Positions 12,625-26,227 of a DNA stretch of 64,000 bases are shown one piece after another. The notes under the pieces were generated by a model. The model was not told the DNA's origin. It was given only the letters and a program-made list of their open reading frames with translations, and did not search any database. Positions within the stretch are counted from its first letter, which is position 1, and the number at the start of each line of letters is the position of its first letter. This stretch comes from Octopus sinensis (lineage: Eukaryota): positions 14,632,001 to 14,696,000 of the forward strand of contig NC_043021.1 of NCBI RefSeq assembly GCF_006345805.1, written 5' to 3'. Position numbers and translations under genes: made by a program.

Positions 12625-13975
12625 AATAATCCTTTCTATTATAGGTACAAGGCCTGAAATTTGGGGGATGGGGATACTTGATTACATCGACCCCCTCCCC
12701 AGGACTCAACTGGTTCTTATTTTATTGACCCTGAAAGGATGAAGGGCAAAGTTGACCTCAACTCAGAATGTAAAGATGGACAAAATGCTGCTAAGAAGCA
12801 TTTTGTTTCAGTCATTTGACTGCGGCCATGCTGGAGCACCGCCTTTAGTCAAGCAAATCGACCCCAGGACTTATTCTTTGTAAGCCTAGTACTTATTCTA
12901 TCGATATCTTTTGTCGAACTGCTAAGTTACGGGGACACAAACACATACATATATATATATATATATACGACAGGCTTCTTTCAGTTTCCGTCTACCAAAT
13001 CCACTCACAAGGCTTTGGTTGGCCTGAGGCTATAGTAGAAGACACTTACCCAAAGTGCCACGCAGTGGGACTGCACCCAGAACCATGTGGTTGGTTAGCA
13101 AGCTACTTACCACACAGCCACTCCTGCACCTTCAGTAATAATAATAATTTTTGAGTTAGGCACAAGGTCCGCAATTTCGAAGAGAGGTGGGGACTACTCT
13201 ATATCAATGTCTCCAGTAATTTCATCAACCTTGAATGGATGAAAGGCAAAGTTCATCCCAGTGGGATTTGAACTCAGAATGCAAAGAGTTGGAATAATAC
13301 AAGTCATTTTGTCCAACGCTCTAACAATGCTGGAAATCCACTGCCAATCCACTGCCCTTCAGAAAATGATTTCTAGTATAGGCACAATGCCTTGAATTTG
13401 TGGAGAGGTGTTAGTCAAATAAATCAGCCCCATTACTAGGCTTGTATTTTATTGACCTTGAAGAGATGAAAATCATAGTTGATTTTGACAGGATTTGAAC
13501 TCAGAACCAGGATAAAATACTGCTTGATGCTCTAACAATTCACTCTCTCATAATGAATACAAAGCCACACAATTTTAATAAAAGCGTAGATGAGATGAGA
13601 TTATATTGATTCCCAATAACTGATTGGTGGTCATTTCATTGATCTTCTCTTGGAAAGATAGAAGAGAAACTTGACTAAGATTTGAACTCAGAACCTTAAG
13701 CGTTGTGACTAAATACCATACAAGACGTTATCCAATGTTCTGATGAATGTAGCAAATAAGAATTTCTAACATAGAGCATAAGGGCCAGAAACTAAGGGTT
13801 AAGAGAGAGAGAGAAGGAAAAGTCAATTATATTTTTGCTAGTATTTGGTCAGTTCTTTATTTTATTGACACCGGAAGAATGAAAGGCAAAGCTGACCTCG
13901 GCAAGATTTGAATTTTAAATGTAAAGGGATGGGACAAATACTACAAGGCATTTTATCAGACATTTTAATGATTGT
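12625..13975 (-). mobile_element. Cluster of ~5 diverged family-B SINEs plus one internally deleted family-A SINE (12803-13111)
   Basis: Recurring gatgaaaggcaaagttgacctc...gatttgaactcagaa motif at about 200-bp spacing. Confidence 0.7.
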
Positions 13976-14353
13976 GCAAAACAGTATTAATCTATAAGTG
14001 TCTAAGGAATATGATTAAAAAAAATAAAATTAATATCAACTATTCATCATCATCATCTAATGTCATGTTGGATGGTTTGACAGGATCTGGCAAACCATAG
14101 GGTTGTATTGAGCTCCAATATCTGTTTTGACATGGTTTTATACAGCTGGGTTCCCTCCCCGACACCAATCATTTTTGTACAACTAGGTCCATTTTAAAAG
14201 CCTACAAAAAAAAGTTGTATGAAGCTGAATCAAACTTATTAAATATTAAATAATATATGTAATTCCTACCAAATGTATTGAATGCCACTTTTTTTCATTT
14301 GACCACTCACTCATATTTGTGTATGTGTTTGTGTGTATATATATATATATATA

Positions 14354-14720
14354 TACTCTTTTACTTGTTTCAGTCATTAGACTGCGGCCATGCTGCAGCA
14401 CTGCCTTTAGTCAAGTAAATCGACCCCAGGACTTATTCTTTGTAAGCCTAGTACTTATCCTATTGGTCTTTTTTGCCGAACCGCTAAGTGATGGGGTCAT
14501 AAACACACCAGCATCGGTTGTCAAGCAATGCTAGGGGGACAAACACATACACACACACGACGGGCTTCTTTTAGTTTCCGTCTACCAAATTCACTCACAA
14601 GGCTTTGGTCATCCTGAGGCTATTGTAGAAGACACTTGCCCAAGGTTCCACGCAGTGGGACTGAACCCGGAACCATGGGGTTGGTGAGCAAGGTACATTC
14701 TACACAGCTACTTCTGCGCC
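14354..14720 (-). mobile_element. SINE family A copy
   Basis: Full-length match. Confidence 0.85.
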
Positions 14721-17700
14721 TACATATATATATATATATATATACATATATATGGTTATATATGTTTTGTGTGTAAATTATATTATCTGATAATCCAATC
14801 AAAAGGTTCAGTACTTGATATGAGCTCAACATGGCAGCAATTACTGTGATGTGAGGATGATTTGACAACTATTTCTAGTGGGTCGGTGATTAACTATATA
14901 GAAATTCCTCCTTGGTTCAAAATATTTGGGAATAATTAGCACACATGATAAATTAACACAATGATTAACTTAGTTGTTTCAGAGAGAAAAAAAAAAAGGG
15001 GGAAAAAAAAAACAATCGCCTAAAATGACCGCCACATGTTTTACTATAAGTTTGTAGCAAATATTTGTTTTTCCATCCTGGGATGGATAGGAAGTTCTTT
15101 GATTTATCGCTTGTCGGATTCCATATTTTTTGTGTGCCTTTCTTTTACAGCTGGATGCTCTCCCTACTGCTAACCATTCAACTGTGAAGGAGAGAAGCAT
15201 GCCACAGCTAACTGAAGCAAACTGATATGGAATGGTATGTGTCTGTTTTGTCTGGGAGTAGAACATAGAGGCAGGCCTTTAACAAGACTTTAATGCATAA
15301 CAACAACCTTATTGGTAGGAGATGAACTCATCACTTAGAAGCAGCAGTGAAAATTTCCCTCGAATCACATCTTGCTATTGTAAGAAAGGTGGGGAAAAGC
15401 CAGTTTAGATAATGTAGTGTCATAACGTGTGTTTGTGTGTGTGGACTCAAACACCAGAGGGTCTTGTCAGGGCATGGTTGTAACATGAGGAATGTCATGT
15501 AGGGGGTACTGTCATGAGATACTGTATGTGTCGGGCACTTTTAATGTTCAGGGTGACTTCTCACAGAGAGGTGGGGTACTGACTCCTTTCAGTTGATTTA
15601 TTTATCAGCTCCAAAAAGCTCACAAGGAATGTTGGCCCCTGAGGGATTTAAACTCTCAGTGCTAACAGCCATAACAAATACTGCAAGGCTTTCTGTTTGG
15701 AACTCAAATGACTCCGGTACTTTTAAAAGTACACTTTTCGGAGTCTCTAAAACAGTGTAAGGTACCACTAAAAAATAGAGCCTTAGGTTATCTCTAAAAG
15801 TACAGTGTAAGGTCCATCTAAAATAACAGTGTTAAGTGTGACTAAAGTAGTCTTAGATACCACTAAAAATACAAGGAATGTGTTGGAATTTATTTTATAT
15901 GTCTGCTTGGTCAGGATAGTCCAGAGGCTAAACAACATCGGCAACTCATGATCATAATTATTTCTATAATCAACTGAAGTGCTAATAATGCCTGGATGGG
16001 ATAAATAAATCACATCTTCATAACTGGGATATTTGATAAGGGGAATCTTTCCTGAAATATTATAGAGGCATTAAACAACCTATGTAGGGTAATACAGTAT
16101 CTTCTTTTTGTTTTAATTTATTGGCATCATATTTTGTCTAACCTTTCACCCAGATTGCTTAAATGTTTCATTTAATATATATATATATATATCAAGATAA
16201 AACTGATTTTTCTTGTTGTGGCAGATAATTCAGCAGAAAATATTGGTTTTGAGTTGCATAGTTGGAGGTTGATATATAATAGGGAAAAGAGGAAGAAAAC
16301 TGTAATTACTATGATATAGTTGTAGTTGCTGATTGTTTAACCTTCCCAGGTCTGCTCTGATAGAGCATCAGATCTGTGATCAAAGAGCATTCCAGTAATG
16401 ACCATCCTATCTATTTTGCCCCTATTAAAAAAACCCAAAAAAACCCCACTATGGCTAGAACTACATTATCAAATGTGTCATTCCTCTTTATTTATTTCTT
16501 AGGATAGTAAGGTGTGAATTGAGGGATATTTGGCTGCTATTTTCAGCAGGACACGCAATCACATACAAGCTTCCCTCTTTAGCTCCCAGGTATTTATAAT
16601 GAAGAGGTGGTGTAAACACAAGCAAACAAGACAAGAAACCAACCCATTAAAACTTAATTAGTTTCTGATTTACTTGGTTGACTTCAATGTTAACCAGAAC
16701 AAGATAGTAAGTGTATTGGTGGTAGTGGAGGTGGTGATGATGGTACGCTGGTAATTGTGGTAATAAGAACACTAACAAAGAGACTGAAGTAAACAAGCAA
16801 CATCAAGAATATTACTAGAATTGGCATAACTTTTTTTAGTTGTATCTCAGGAGGGTCATTATGCCAATAGCAACACATACACTGGTTCTATTTCAGTTCA
16901 CTTATCATCTTTCGTTGACCAATTAGATAATCAGTTGCTTGATTAATTGTCATGGGTTAAATAGTTAACCAAATGACAAATAAAAGTGAAGAAGTGAAAC
17001 ACAACCAGTGTGTGTGTGTGTGTGTTTATAATTGGCATAATATAAATTTTCTTATTCTGTATCAGTGGAAGTACGACTGAGAATTTGTGAATATGAGTGA
17101 CGGAGACTGGAAATGCCTGCACTTATAAATATATTGTGAAGGCACACGGCTTAGTGGTTAGGGCGTTGCACTCACAATTGCGAGATTGTGGGTTGGATTC
17201 CCAGGCCGGGCGTTACATTGTGTTCATGAGCAAAGCACTTCAGCCAATATTATAGCTGTTAGACTACTCACATGAGCTGGTTTGTTTTCAGTGGTGAAAG
17301 TTTGTGTAGGACCAATTATACCTTTCAGAAATGCCGACAGTAGAAAGTTGATTAATGAATAATAGAGCTCAGATTTTTTTCTACTAATGTTCTTGTTTTT
17401 CTGGGTTAGTTGCCTTTGCCATGGCAAAGTGTCCTACCCATTGGGATAGTGGCTAAGTGTGCATCTGGGTACCAAACTATTTGTTAAAGCCTAAGTAAAA
17501 TGGTAAAATCGAAAGAAATCCAACTGAGTTTGGCATCAGAGTGGCCATTGTGTTGAAATGAAAGTGAAAGTAGAAAGAAGAAGGGAAGGAGGGACTAACA
17601 GATGAGGCAGGGGTGGAAAAGAGGAAAAAGAGAAGGAAGAAATAAGGGGAGACGGGAGAGAGGTGGAAGGAGAGATAGAGAAGGGTTGGAGTGGAAAAAA

Positions 17701-18645
17701 GAGAGAGAGGGGAGTAGAGAGAAGGTGATAGGAGGGGGTGGAGATTGAGAGTAATGAAGTGGGCACTGATGAAATATGAAAAAAAAAAATTCTACTAATT
17801 GTAGGTATTTCTTAATACATAAAAAGGGCCAATTATTTTGAGACAGAGAGAGAGAAGACATTGGTTGATTATAGCGACTGAAGTGAAAGACTTGTTTCAG
17901 TAAAATGGTTTCTCACACTGGCTCAGCCCAAAACTCATGGCGATGAAGATGACATTGCCACTACCACCACCACTGCTGCACTGTTTGAAAAAGAGAGGTG
18001 TGGGGGGAGGGAGTGAAGGCATAGTTGATTAGATAGACTGCAGTATTTGGCCAGTACTCATTTTATTGGCGCCCCCCCCCCCTTCCACTTTGACACCGCT
18101 CACTCAGTAGGATTTGAACCCAGAATATAAAGAGACATAACTAAATTCTGCAGGGATTTTATTTGTTCTCACCAAGCATGATTATTATTTTTATTATTAT
18201 TATTATTATTTATTCATCTATTTACTTTTTATTTATTTGTAAGATAATGTTTTAATTTTTTTTTTAATTTTCAGAGGGGAGAGGAGGGTATGTTCTTGTG
18301 GCAATAAAAAAAAAAGAGAGCAAAATAATTATCATCATTACCATCACCACCACCACCAGCACCACAACCATCACCACCAATTCTTAACTTTCAGTTTTGA
18401 AAAAAAAAAAATAAATTCTGAAGTGTAAGAAAAAATATATAAAAACAAACAAAACAACAACAACAAAAATGGTCTGGCACTTAACAGAAACATCAGACAT
18501 GGCAAGGAATTAAAATAATGGCATTAACAACGAAAAAAAAAAATCGAAAAATGATATTTAATAATAATAATAATAATAATCCTAATAATTTATGTTTTCA
18601 ATGATGCTATCACTCCAGAATATTCTCCAATGACCTGTAATAAAA

Positions 18646-21217
18646 TCAATATAATTCATCATCATCGTCATCATAATTATCTTCACTAGCATTACTTTTT
18701 GTGTATGTCCTGTTGTCATGGTAACTATCTTCAAAGGAAGAGTCAGAAACCACCTTGATAAAGTTTGTCCTGTCTTTGCTCCTCGTTTCCCTTTGGCGAG
18801 CATTCAGGAAACGCTGGCGGCCAGTGGTCAAAGGCTTGGTGAGCTTCGGCACCTGAGTGTCTGCTCGCGTCCCCCCCGCATTGTTTGTGCTCGCATCTGA
18901 TGTCGAGACGTAGCTGTCGTCACTACAAGAGGTTCGTCGAGACGTGCTTCCCAGGTTTTCTTGCGACCCTCGCTTCGTTACCTCCGAGTAATCAAGGTAA
19001 CTGGAACCCGAAGCATTCTCATCGGAATAGTTCAGCTCGGAATACATAGCACTGACACCATTCCGAGATGCAGAAACTTTGCTAGATAAATCTTTAGTTG
19101 ATGCGGCTGGAATACGAGAAGTGTGTGCACTCGGAATTCGAGATTTTGGAATTCTTGTTTCGATAGATTCCTGAGAAGTTGGAACTCTGCTAAGTTCTTG
19201 AAGTGCTGCTGATATTTTCTCGACAGAATCGTTGTCGGAGTTTCTTTGGATCGATGAACGTCTCGAGTTGGTTCGTGAAGAACGTGAACTATAGGGTTGG
19301 TTAGCATTACTGTCCAGTGAAGAGGCATCAGTACAGTTTCCCTGGGACTCATTATCGACGCTATCAAACAGATCCATTGCAGCATTGGTGCTGTCGGTCG
19401 CTTTCACCATATCCTGCAACTCCTTCTGGCGATAAACTTCAAAAAGTCTTTCCATTTTTTCGTACATTTCTGGATCTTCAGGTGGAGCATCAAGCTCTTC
19501 GGGGTCTGAGACTTTCGGCATGATACCATTGACTGGAATCAGAGCTGCTTTGATTGCTTCCAGAGGATAGGGAGTCAGGTCATAATCACAGTTATCTTCA
19601 GGTTCTGCAGCTGGAGGAGGTCGTTTAGCTAACGATGCAGCCCGTTGTGAACGACTGTACTTCACATTGCTGCCATGGGCTGCGGTGCTGTTCTTGGTTG
19701 CTCCTGGCTTCGACAACTCAGACAGACGTTGACCCAGTGGACGTGTTTTGTTCTGAGCCAAGTCTGCTCCATCTTCCATGCTGCTTGTACTGTCCAGTCT
19801 TTGGCGCTGAGAGAATCTATCAACACTCTGAGATCGGGGTTTCAAACTTGAACTAGCTGCCATGTGTTTGGCTCGCCCCACTTTGGGAGACTGGGAAATT
19901 TTCCGATCAGGCCGTGACATGTCTCCAACGGCATCTTTGGAGGCATCCTTTTTGCTTGATTTTGCAACCCCTGAACTCATTTTGGGGACGCCCTGAGCTT
20001 TAGCTAAGGACACAGTGTGACCTCCTGAGTTTGTTCTCGAAACAGTAATTACTTGGGGGCTTTCTTTACTGTTGTAGCGTACAGCCGAAGCAGAACGCTT
20101 GCTGCGGTGCCATCTGTCAACATAACTAGGCAACAATAGCTTGTTCTTTGTCTCATCCATTGTCAGATCTCGTCTCGTATTCAGACTCTGAGTAGATGAC
20201 GACCGAGAAGAGAGGCCACTCTGAGACTGAAGACTACCACGACGACCTGGTGTTGGGGTGAGTGCTTCGTTATCTTCATCAGCGGAAGACTGAGTATCGT
20301 CAGTTGAGTACTGCTTTGCCGCTCGTCGATGTGTGAATTCCTGAATACCTGGAGTCGAAGCTCTCCTAGGGACATTCACTGACAGTTTGTGTCCACTGTC
20401 TAAATCTCTTGGTCCAGGGGTAGTGGACCTAGGAATTGCAATTTTAGATTTTGATGAAGACTTCTTAGTAGTTCCCAAGGAAAGGTCCTCCATCGATTGA
20501 CGTAGACTCTTGTTATTACGACTATATTTTCTCTCTTGCTTTGGTGTATCAAACACAGAACTTTTATCACTTGGAGTGACAGGACAAGAAAACTGGGAAT
20601 TGGTAGAGCTGGGGCTTGTACTTTGAGATGTACAAGGTCTACTTGAGTCTTGTGAAGGAGATTTCATGGGGATTTTGGAATCTCCGTTTATATGCAATGA
20701 AGCTGGAGTGTTCGGCTTTGGAAGGAGACTACTGGATTTGCCTTTGGTGACATCTCTGTGTTGATTTAGGTTAGAGATCGAACTGGAATTACTTTCAGAG
20801 GGTTTCATACAAATTTTGGACTCAGGAGACGGAGAACGCGTCCGGCTACTCGGAATTCTAAGGCTCTGCGTATTCTGATGAAGATTGGAAAATTTCTGGT
20901 CTGTAGGTTGAGTTTTAGAAACATCCTTGTTATTATGTCCTGGATACTGAAGCCGGGAAACTTTGGAAGGACTGCTTTTGGTACTGGAACAGTTACTTCC
21001 GGTTGTCGATGCTGCCTGCGAGAGGTTCGACTCTACAGAACTGCTGATGTTGCTACCGTCTTTCGGCGCCGGCACAATTTGGTTGTTGAGCAGATTTTTG
21101 AACTGCTCCAAGGTCATGGTACTAATTTGATTCATATCTAGTTTTCCGGAACGTTCTTTAGGGTCCACATCACTCAATTTTTCAGAAGATGCACTTAATG
21201 ATGAAGAGGCAGACGAT
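18646..21217 (-). CDS. Large terminal coding exon (2572 nt to stop); Ser/Arg-rich disordered region with multiple SxIP motifs and acidic C-terminus
   Basis: 870-aa ORF in track; acceptor ttttttttttccttctatttccag|A is phase 2, matching the donor at 25825 (AA+A = Lys). Exon sum 169+403+2572 = 3144 nt = 1047 aa + stop. Confidence 0.92.
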
Positions 21218-21492
21218 CTGGAAATAGAAGGAAAAAAAAAAGAATGAGACTCAATCAACAGCGATGATTTAATTATATTAATAAAAGATTTGAAATTTTT
21301 AAAAGTTTAAGGCATAGCTGTGTGGTTAAGAAGCTTGGTTTTTCAGTCACGTGGTTTTAAGTTAAGTCCCATTGTGCAGCACCTAGGGTAAGCATCTTCT
21401 ACCATAGCCCTGAACTAACCAAAGCCTTGTGAACAAATTTGATAGATAGAAACTGTGCAGAGGCTGGTTGCATATATATATATATATGTATA

Positions 21493-21729
21493 TTTTGGGT
21501 TGGTGCGAAATTATTACGGCTTTTTTTCAAATTTTATTCAACAAAAACAATAACAATATTTAACAAAAACATCTTCAAATGGCGGTCTGACCCATCTGCC
21601 AAGCAAATGGGAAGCAGTAATTGAAGTAGATGGGGAATATGCTCCGGAATAATCATTTAAAGATGTTTTTGTTACATGTTGTTATTGTTTTTGTTGAATA
21701 AAAGCCACAATAATTATTCACCAAATCTA
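21493..21729 (+). mobile_element. Mariner-derived MITE retaining the transposase C-terminus
   Basis: Long imperfect inverted arms (ttattcaacaaaaacaataacaa...); internal frame HLPSKWEAVIEVDGEYAPE* resembles the mariner transposase end. Confidence 0.7.
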
Positions 21730-22678
21730 TGTGTATATACAGGTGATCTGGAACTAAATTCTGTTTTTAAATGTCTCGCTTCGAGAATTGCATTCGGTAC
21801 GATTTGTTTATTTTTGGTAGTTATGACTTTAAAAGTCCCTCCTAGCGTGTGACATTTATGTGTAATAATGCCCTCTATATAATATAAATATATATATATA
21901 TATATCTTTTTTACATTTTATCTTATATTAAACTTTTTAATACTTTTTCATAGTTATATATATATTTAAAAAAAATTATATATATATATAAATTCATAAA
22001 TATAAATTAATAATTTTAAGTTTTTAACTTTAAATTTAAATATTTTAAATTTTATATATTTTGTATATTATATTAATTATTTTTATTTCTGTGTTTTGGT
22101 TTATGTTTTTCACTGTTTGATTTGCCTAATAGTGGTTTTATCTCTAATTTAATTTATATCTATATCTATCTATCTATATATATATATATATATGTGTGTG
22201 GTGTGTGTGTGTGTGTTCCCTCTGTTACTTGACAACCGGTGTTGGCTTGTTTATGTTCCTGAAACTTAGTGATTAGGCAAAAAGAAAAAAAAAACTAACA
22301 GGATAAGTACTAGGATTGAAATAGCAAACAAAAACAAGTGCTGGGATCGATTTGACCAAACCTGTTAAAGCAGTGCCCCAGCATGGCCGCAGTCCAAAGA
22401 CTGAAACAAGTAAAAGAAGACAGTCAGAGGCAGACAGTCAAAGACCATGATCTTTGCAGTCAGCTCACAAAACAATTCATAGTGTATATGTGTGTACATA
22501 CACAGACATATACATATATACATGCAGGCATGGTTGTGGAGTAAGAAGCTTGCTTCCCGGCCACATGGTCCTGGGTTCAGTCCCACAGCATGGTACCTTG
22601 GGCAAGTATTTTCTACTATAGCCTGAGGTGACCAAAGCCTTGTAAGTGGATTTGGAAGACGGAAACTGAAAGCTCATC

Positions 22679-22716
<38 letters not shown>

Positions 22717-22734
22717 GAGGATCAGAATCGAAAT

Positions 22735-23103
22735 CGATCAATGGAAATTGCAGATGTGTTACCAGTGCCGGTGGCATGTAAGAGAACTTTCCGTTTCGCG
22801 ACCGTTGCCAGCACCGCCCTGTTTCGTGTCCGTTGCCAGCCTCGCCTGGCCCTCGTGCCGGTGGCACATAAAAGCACCATCCGTTCGTGGCCGTTTGCCA
22901 GCTCTGTCTGGCACCAGTGCGGGTGGCACGTAAAAAGCACCCACTACACTCACGGAGTGGTTGGCGTTAGGAAGGGCATCCAGCCGTAGAAACACTGCCA
23001 GATTTGACTGGGCCTGATGAAGCCTTCTGGCTTCACAGACCCCAGTAGAACCGTCCAACCCATGCTAGCATGGAAAACGGACGCTAAATGATGATGATGA
23101 TGA
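22735..23103 (+). mobile_element. SINE/non-autonomous retroelement family C (ttggcgttaggaagggcatccagccgtagaaa ... (TGA)n tail)
   Basis: Homologous copies at 43688-43830(-), 50600-50760(+), 52385-52580(-), 60571-60930(-). Confidence 0.75.
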
Positions 23104-23123
23104 TATATATGATTCGATATTTA

Positions 23124-23161
<38 letters not shown>

Positions 23162-23374
23162 TTTTGACCAACAAACAAATTGATTACCACCATTAATTCT
23201 GTTATTACCTGATTACCTGTATCCTATGTACATAGTATGCTAGCATAGTCATGCCCAGGGTTAGCATAGGTAAGTTAAACATGTAGTAATAATGGATATT
23301 CTTATCTCTTAGATGGTTACTCTAACCGCTAACTCTACTTACCTCTCTCTCTCACTGTATGTATATATATATAT

Positions 23375-23679
23375 CACGTCATCACCATCACGTGACCGAC
23401 CAGTCCATCAGATGTAGTTACACATCGCTGGTCACAATGCGTTCGCATTGTTTTAGCCTTCGAATTACGCCACCCCGCTGGCTAAGCGAGCAGGCCAACA
23501 GAAGAAAGAGTGGGAGAAAGAGTGGTGAAAGAGTACAGCAGGGATCACCACCCCCTGCCGGAGCCTCATGGAGCTTTTAGGTGTTTTCGCTCAATAAACA
23601 CTCAACGCCCGGTCTGGGAATCGAAACCGCGATCCTACGACCGTGAGTCCGCTGCCCTACCCACTAGGCCATTGCGCCT

Positions 23680-23681
<2 letters not shown>
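23375..23681 (-). mobile_element. tRNA-derived SINE family D
   Basis: Minus-strand head ggaggcgcaatggcctagtgggtagggcagcggactc...ggtttcgattcccagacc (A/B boxes); second copy at 53006-53298. Confidence 0.8.
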
Positions 23682-23733
<52 letters not shown>

Positions 23734-24278
23734 TATGTATGTATGTATGTATGTATGATGTATGTATGTATGTATGTATGTATGTATGTATGTATGTATG
23801 TATGTATGTATGTATGTATGTATGTATGTATGTATGTATGTATGTATGTATGTATGATGTATGTATGTATGTATGTAGGTGTATGTATGTATGTATGTAT
23901 GTAGTAGTTGTATGTAGTATGTATGTATGTATGTATGTATGTATGTAGTATGTATGTTGTATGTAGTATGTATGTTGTATGTATGTATGTATGTATGTAT
24001 GTGATGTATGTATGTAGATGTATGTATGTATGTATGATGTATGTATGTTGATGTATGTATGTAGGTAGTATGTATGTATGTATGTATGTATGTATGTGTA
24101 TGTATGTATGTATGTATGTAGTATGTATGTATGTATTATGTATGTATGTATGTATGTATGTATGTATGTATGTATGTATGTATGATGTATGTATGTATGT
24201 ATGTATGTATGATTGTAGTATGTATGTAGTATGATGTATGTATGTATGATGTATGTAGTATGTATGTATGTATGTATG

Positions 24279-24309
<31 letters not shown>

Positions 24310-24337
24310 TGTATGTATGTATGTATGTATGTATGTG
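23682..24337. repeat. (TA)n followed by a long imperfect (TATG)n microsatellite
   Basis: Directly visible. Confidence 0.95.
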
Positions 24338-24354
24338 TGGTGGTGTGTGTGTGT

Positions 24355-24765
24355 CAGGCATGGCTGTGTGGTCAGGAAGCTTACTTTCAACCACACGGTT
24401 TCAGGTTCAGTCCCACTGCGTGGTACCTTGGGAAAGTGTCTTCTGTTATAACCTGAGGCTGACTGAAGCCTTGTGATTGAATTTGGTAGGTGGAAACTCC
24501 CTTTGTGTGTGTGTACATATTGTAAAAGTGTTTATGCTTCCAATAACAGATAAGAGGGTAATATCTATGCGTGTGTGTCTGTTTGTCCCTCATCACCACT
24601 TGACAACTAGAGCTGATGTCTTTTATGTCCCTGTAACTTAGCAGTTTGGCAAAAAAAAGAAACTGATAGAATAAGTACGAGGCTCGAAAAAAAAAAAAAA
24701 AAAACGTCCTGGGACTGATTCCTTTGACAAAACATTCTTCAAGGTGGTGCCCCAGCATGGCCGTT
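24355..24765 (+). mobile_element. SINE family A copy (diverged)
   Basis: Head ggcatggctgtgtggtcagg to tail gtgccccagcatggcc. Confidence 0.8.
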
Positions 24766-24789
24766 CATTGCAACTTTTGAATCAGTGCA

Positions 24790-25290
24790 GTGAAACATGG
24801 ACACTGGCAAAGAAATGATCAAACGGGCTGAATGGATGCCAGAAAAAAGCCCTAAATATGAAACGACTCAACATATGATGAATGAATGAATGCCTTTATG
24901 GGGACCAGCTGAAAGTGAATGAGAAGATCAGGCAAAGACAGCTGTGTTTATCTGGTCACTGCGTGAACCACCCTGAACTGGAAGCATCGAATTAAGTCTT
25001 GTGGAACCCACTTCATGATGTAAGAAAAGGAGAACTTGATTGCAGACACTGACCAGGATCTTGAGGCAGTGGTGATGTACCCCGAGAAGTGTGGCAGGTA
25101 GATTTTGTTGCAGCAGCCCGATCAGGCAAAGATGGCTTTGAATATCTGGTCACTGCGTGTGCTACCCTACAACCGGAAGCACCCAAATTAGTCCCGTGGA
25201 ACCCACTTCATGGTGGAGTAAGAAGATTGCAGAGACTGGCCTGTAATGTATCCAGGACCTCGAGGCAGAGATGATGGACATGGGTGGACT
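24790..25290 (+). mobile_element. Degenerate RTE-type LINE C-terminal relic with an internal duplicated segment
   Basis: Frame ETWTL...LYGDQLKVNEKIRQRQLCLSGHCVNHPELEAS.VLWNPLH; the tatctggtcactgcgtg...gtggaacccacttcatg block occurs twice (~24950, ~25144). Confidence 0.65.
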
Positions 25291-25420
25291 TTGTTGCCGC
25301 AGCCTTTGTTGGAACCGAACTATAATAATATGACTGGAACAAGTAAAAGATTATCATCATCGTTTAATGCCTGCCTTCTATGCTGGCCAGATAGAAGACT
25401 ACCCCCAGGCTACTGTGTCT

Positions 25421-25790
25421 GTTTTGGCATGGTTTTTACAGTTGGATTCCCTTCTTAACACCAACCACCCCGTAGAGTGGACTGAATGCTATTTACATGG
25501 TACCAGCACAGGTGTGGTCAGTTTTGGCATGGTTTTTACAGCTGGATGCCCTTCCAAATGCCAACCACTTCAGTGTGGACTGGATGCCTTTTATGTGGCA
25601 CCAGCACAGGTGTGGTCAGTTTTGGCATGGTTTTCACAGCTGGATGCCCTTCCCAATGCCAACCACTTCAGTGTGGACTGGATGCCTTTTATGTGGCACC
25701 AGCTCAGGTGTGGTCAGTTTTGGCATGGTTTTTACAGCTGGATGCCCTTCCAAATGCCAACCACTTCAGTGTGGACTGGATGCTTTTTAC
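25421..25790. repeat. Tandem array of ~3.75 x 98-bp units derived from family-C SINE sequence
   Basis: Unit starts at 25421, 25521, 25619, 25717. Confidence 0.9.
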
Positions 25791-25824
25791 ATAAAAGATA
25801 AAAGATAAAATAATATGTACTCAC

Positions 25825-26227
25825 TTGAGACTAGATGAAGATGCCGGTGACATAGTTCTCTTGGTTGGAGAGAACTGCAGCCTCTGGTAAGAGGATGGCG
25901 GAGCCATTTTAGAACTAGCTGAATACGGATGGTGCTTTGCAGGAGAGGTAGACAGGTTCCGTGACAAATTGCTGATATTTTCGGCGCTCGAGTGGAAATT
26001 ACCAGTTTTTTTGTTGAGTCTTTCAGCTACTGGAGACTGAGAGCGAGGGGGTGTGGTTGAAACATAATTTCCTTGTTTGTTACCAGAACCGCCACCGGTC
26101 ATCAGGACTTTTTTAGGACTTCTCTGGCCAAGGTGTTCTGCTAAGATTTGACCACCAGGGGCACTAGCTCTCCGTTCAGTTTGTCGTTTGACCACGGGTG
26201 ATTGTGAAGCAGGGTTTACTCGGTGAC
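25825..26227 (-). CDS. Internal coding exon of host gene (G-HRVNPASQSPVVKRQ...SSSSL-K), Ser/Pro-rich
   Basis: Polypyrimidine tract + tag|GTCAC acceptor; CTCAA|GTGAGT donor; 403 nt open in the frame of track ORF 25821-26195; phase 1 in, phase 2 out. Confidence 0.9.

Noticed and set aside
17272-17321. 50-nt minus-strand exon-like segment (ag|GT...CAT|gtgagt; GIIGPTQTFTTENKPAH)
   Set aside because: Lies downstream of the stop codon; no partner donor or acceptor found.
18718-21141. Overlapping and antisense ORFs within the large exon
   Set aside because: Expected by-products of a long coding exon.
23013-23040. CTGATGA followed by a small hairpin
   Set aside because: No GAAA or cleavage site; a mutated part of a family-C SINE.
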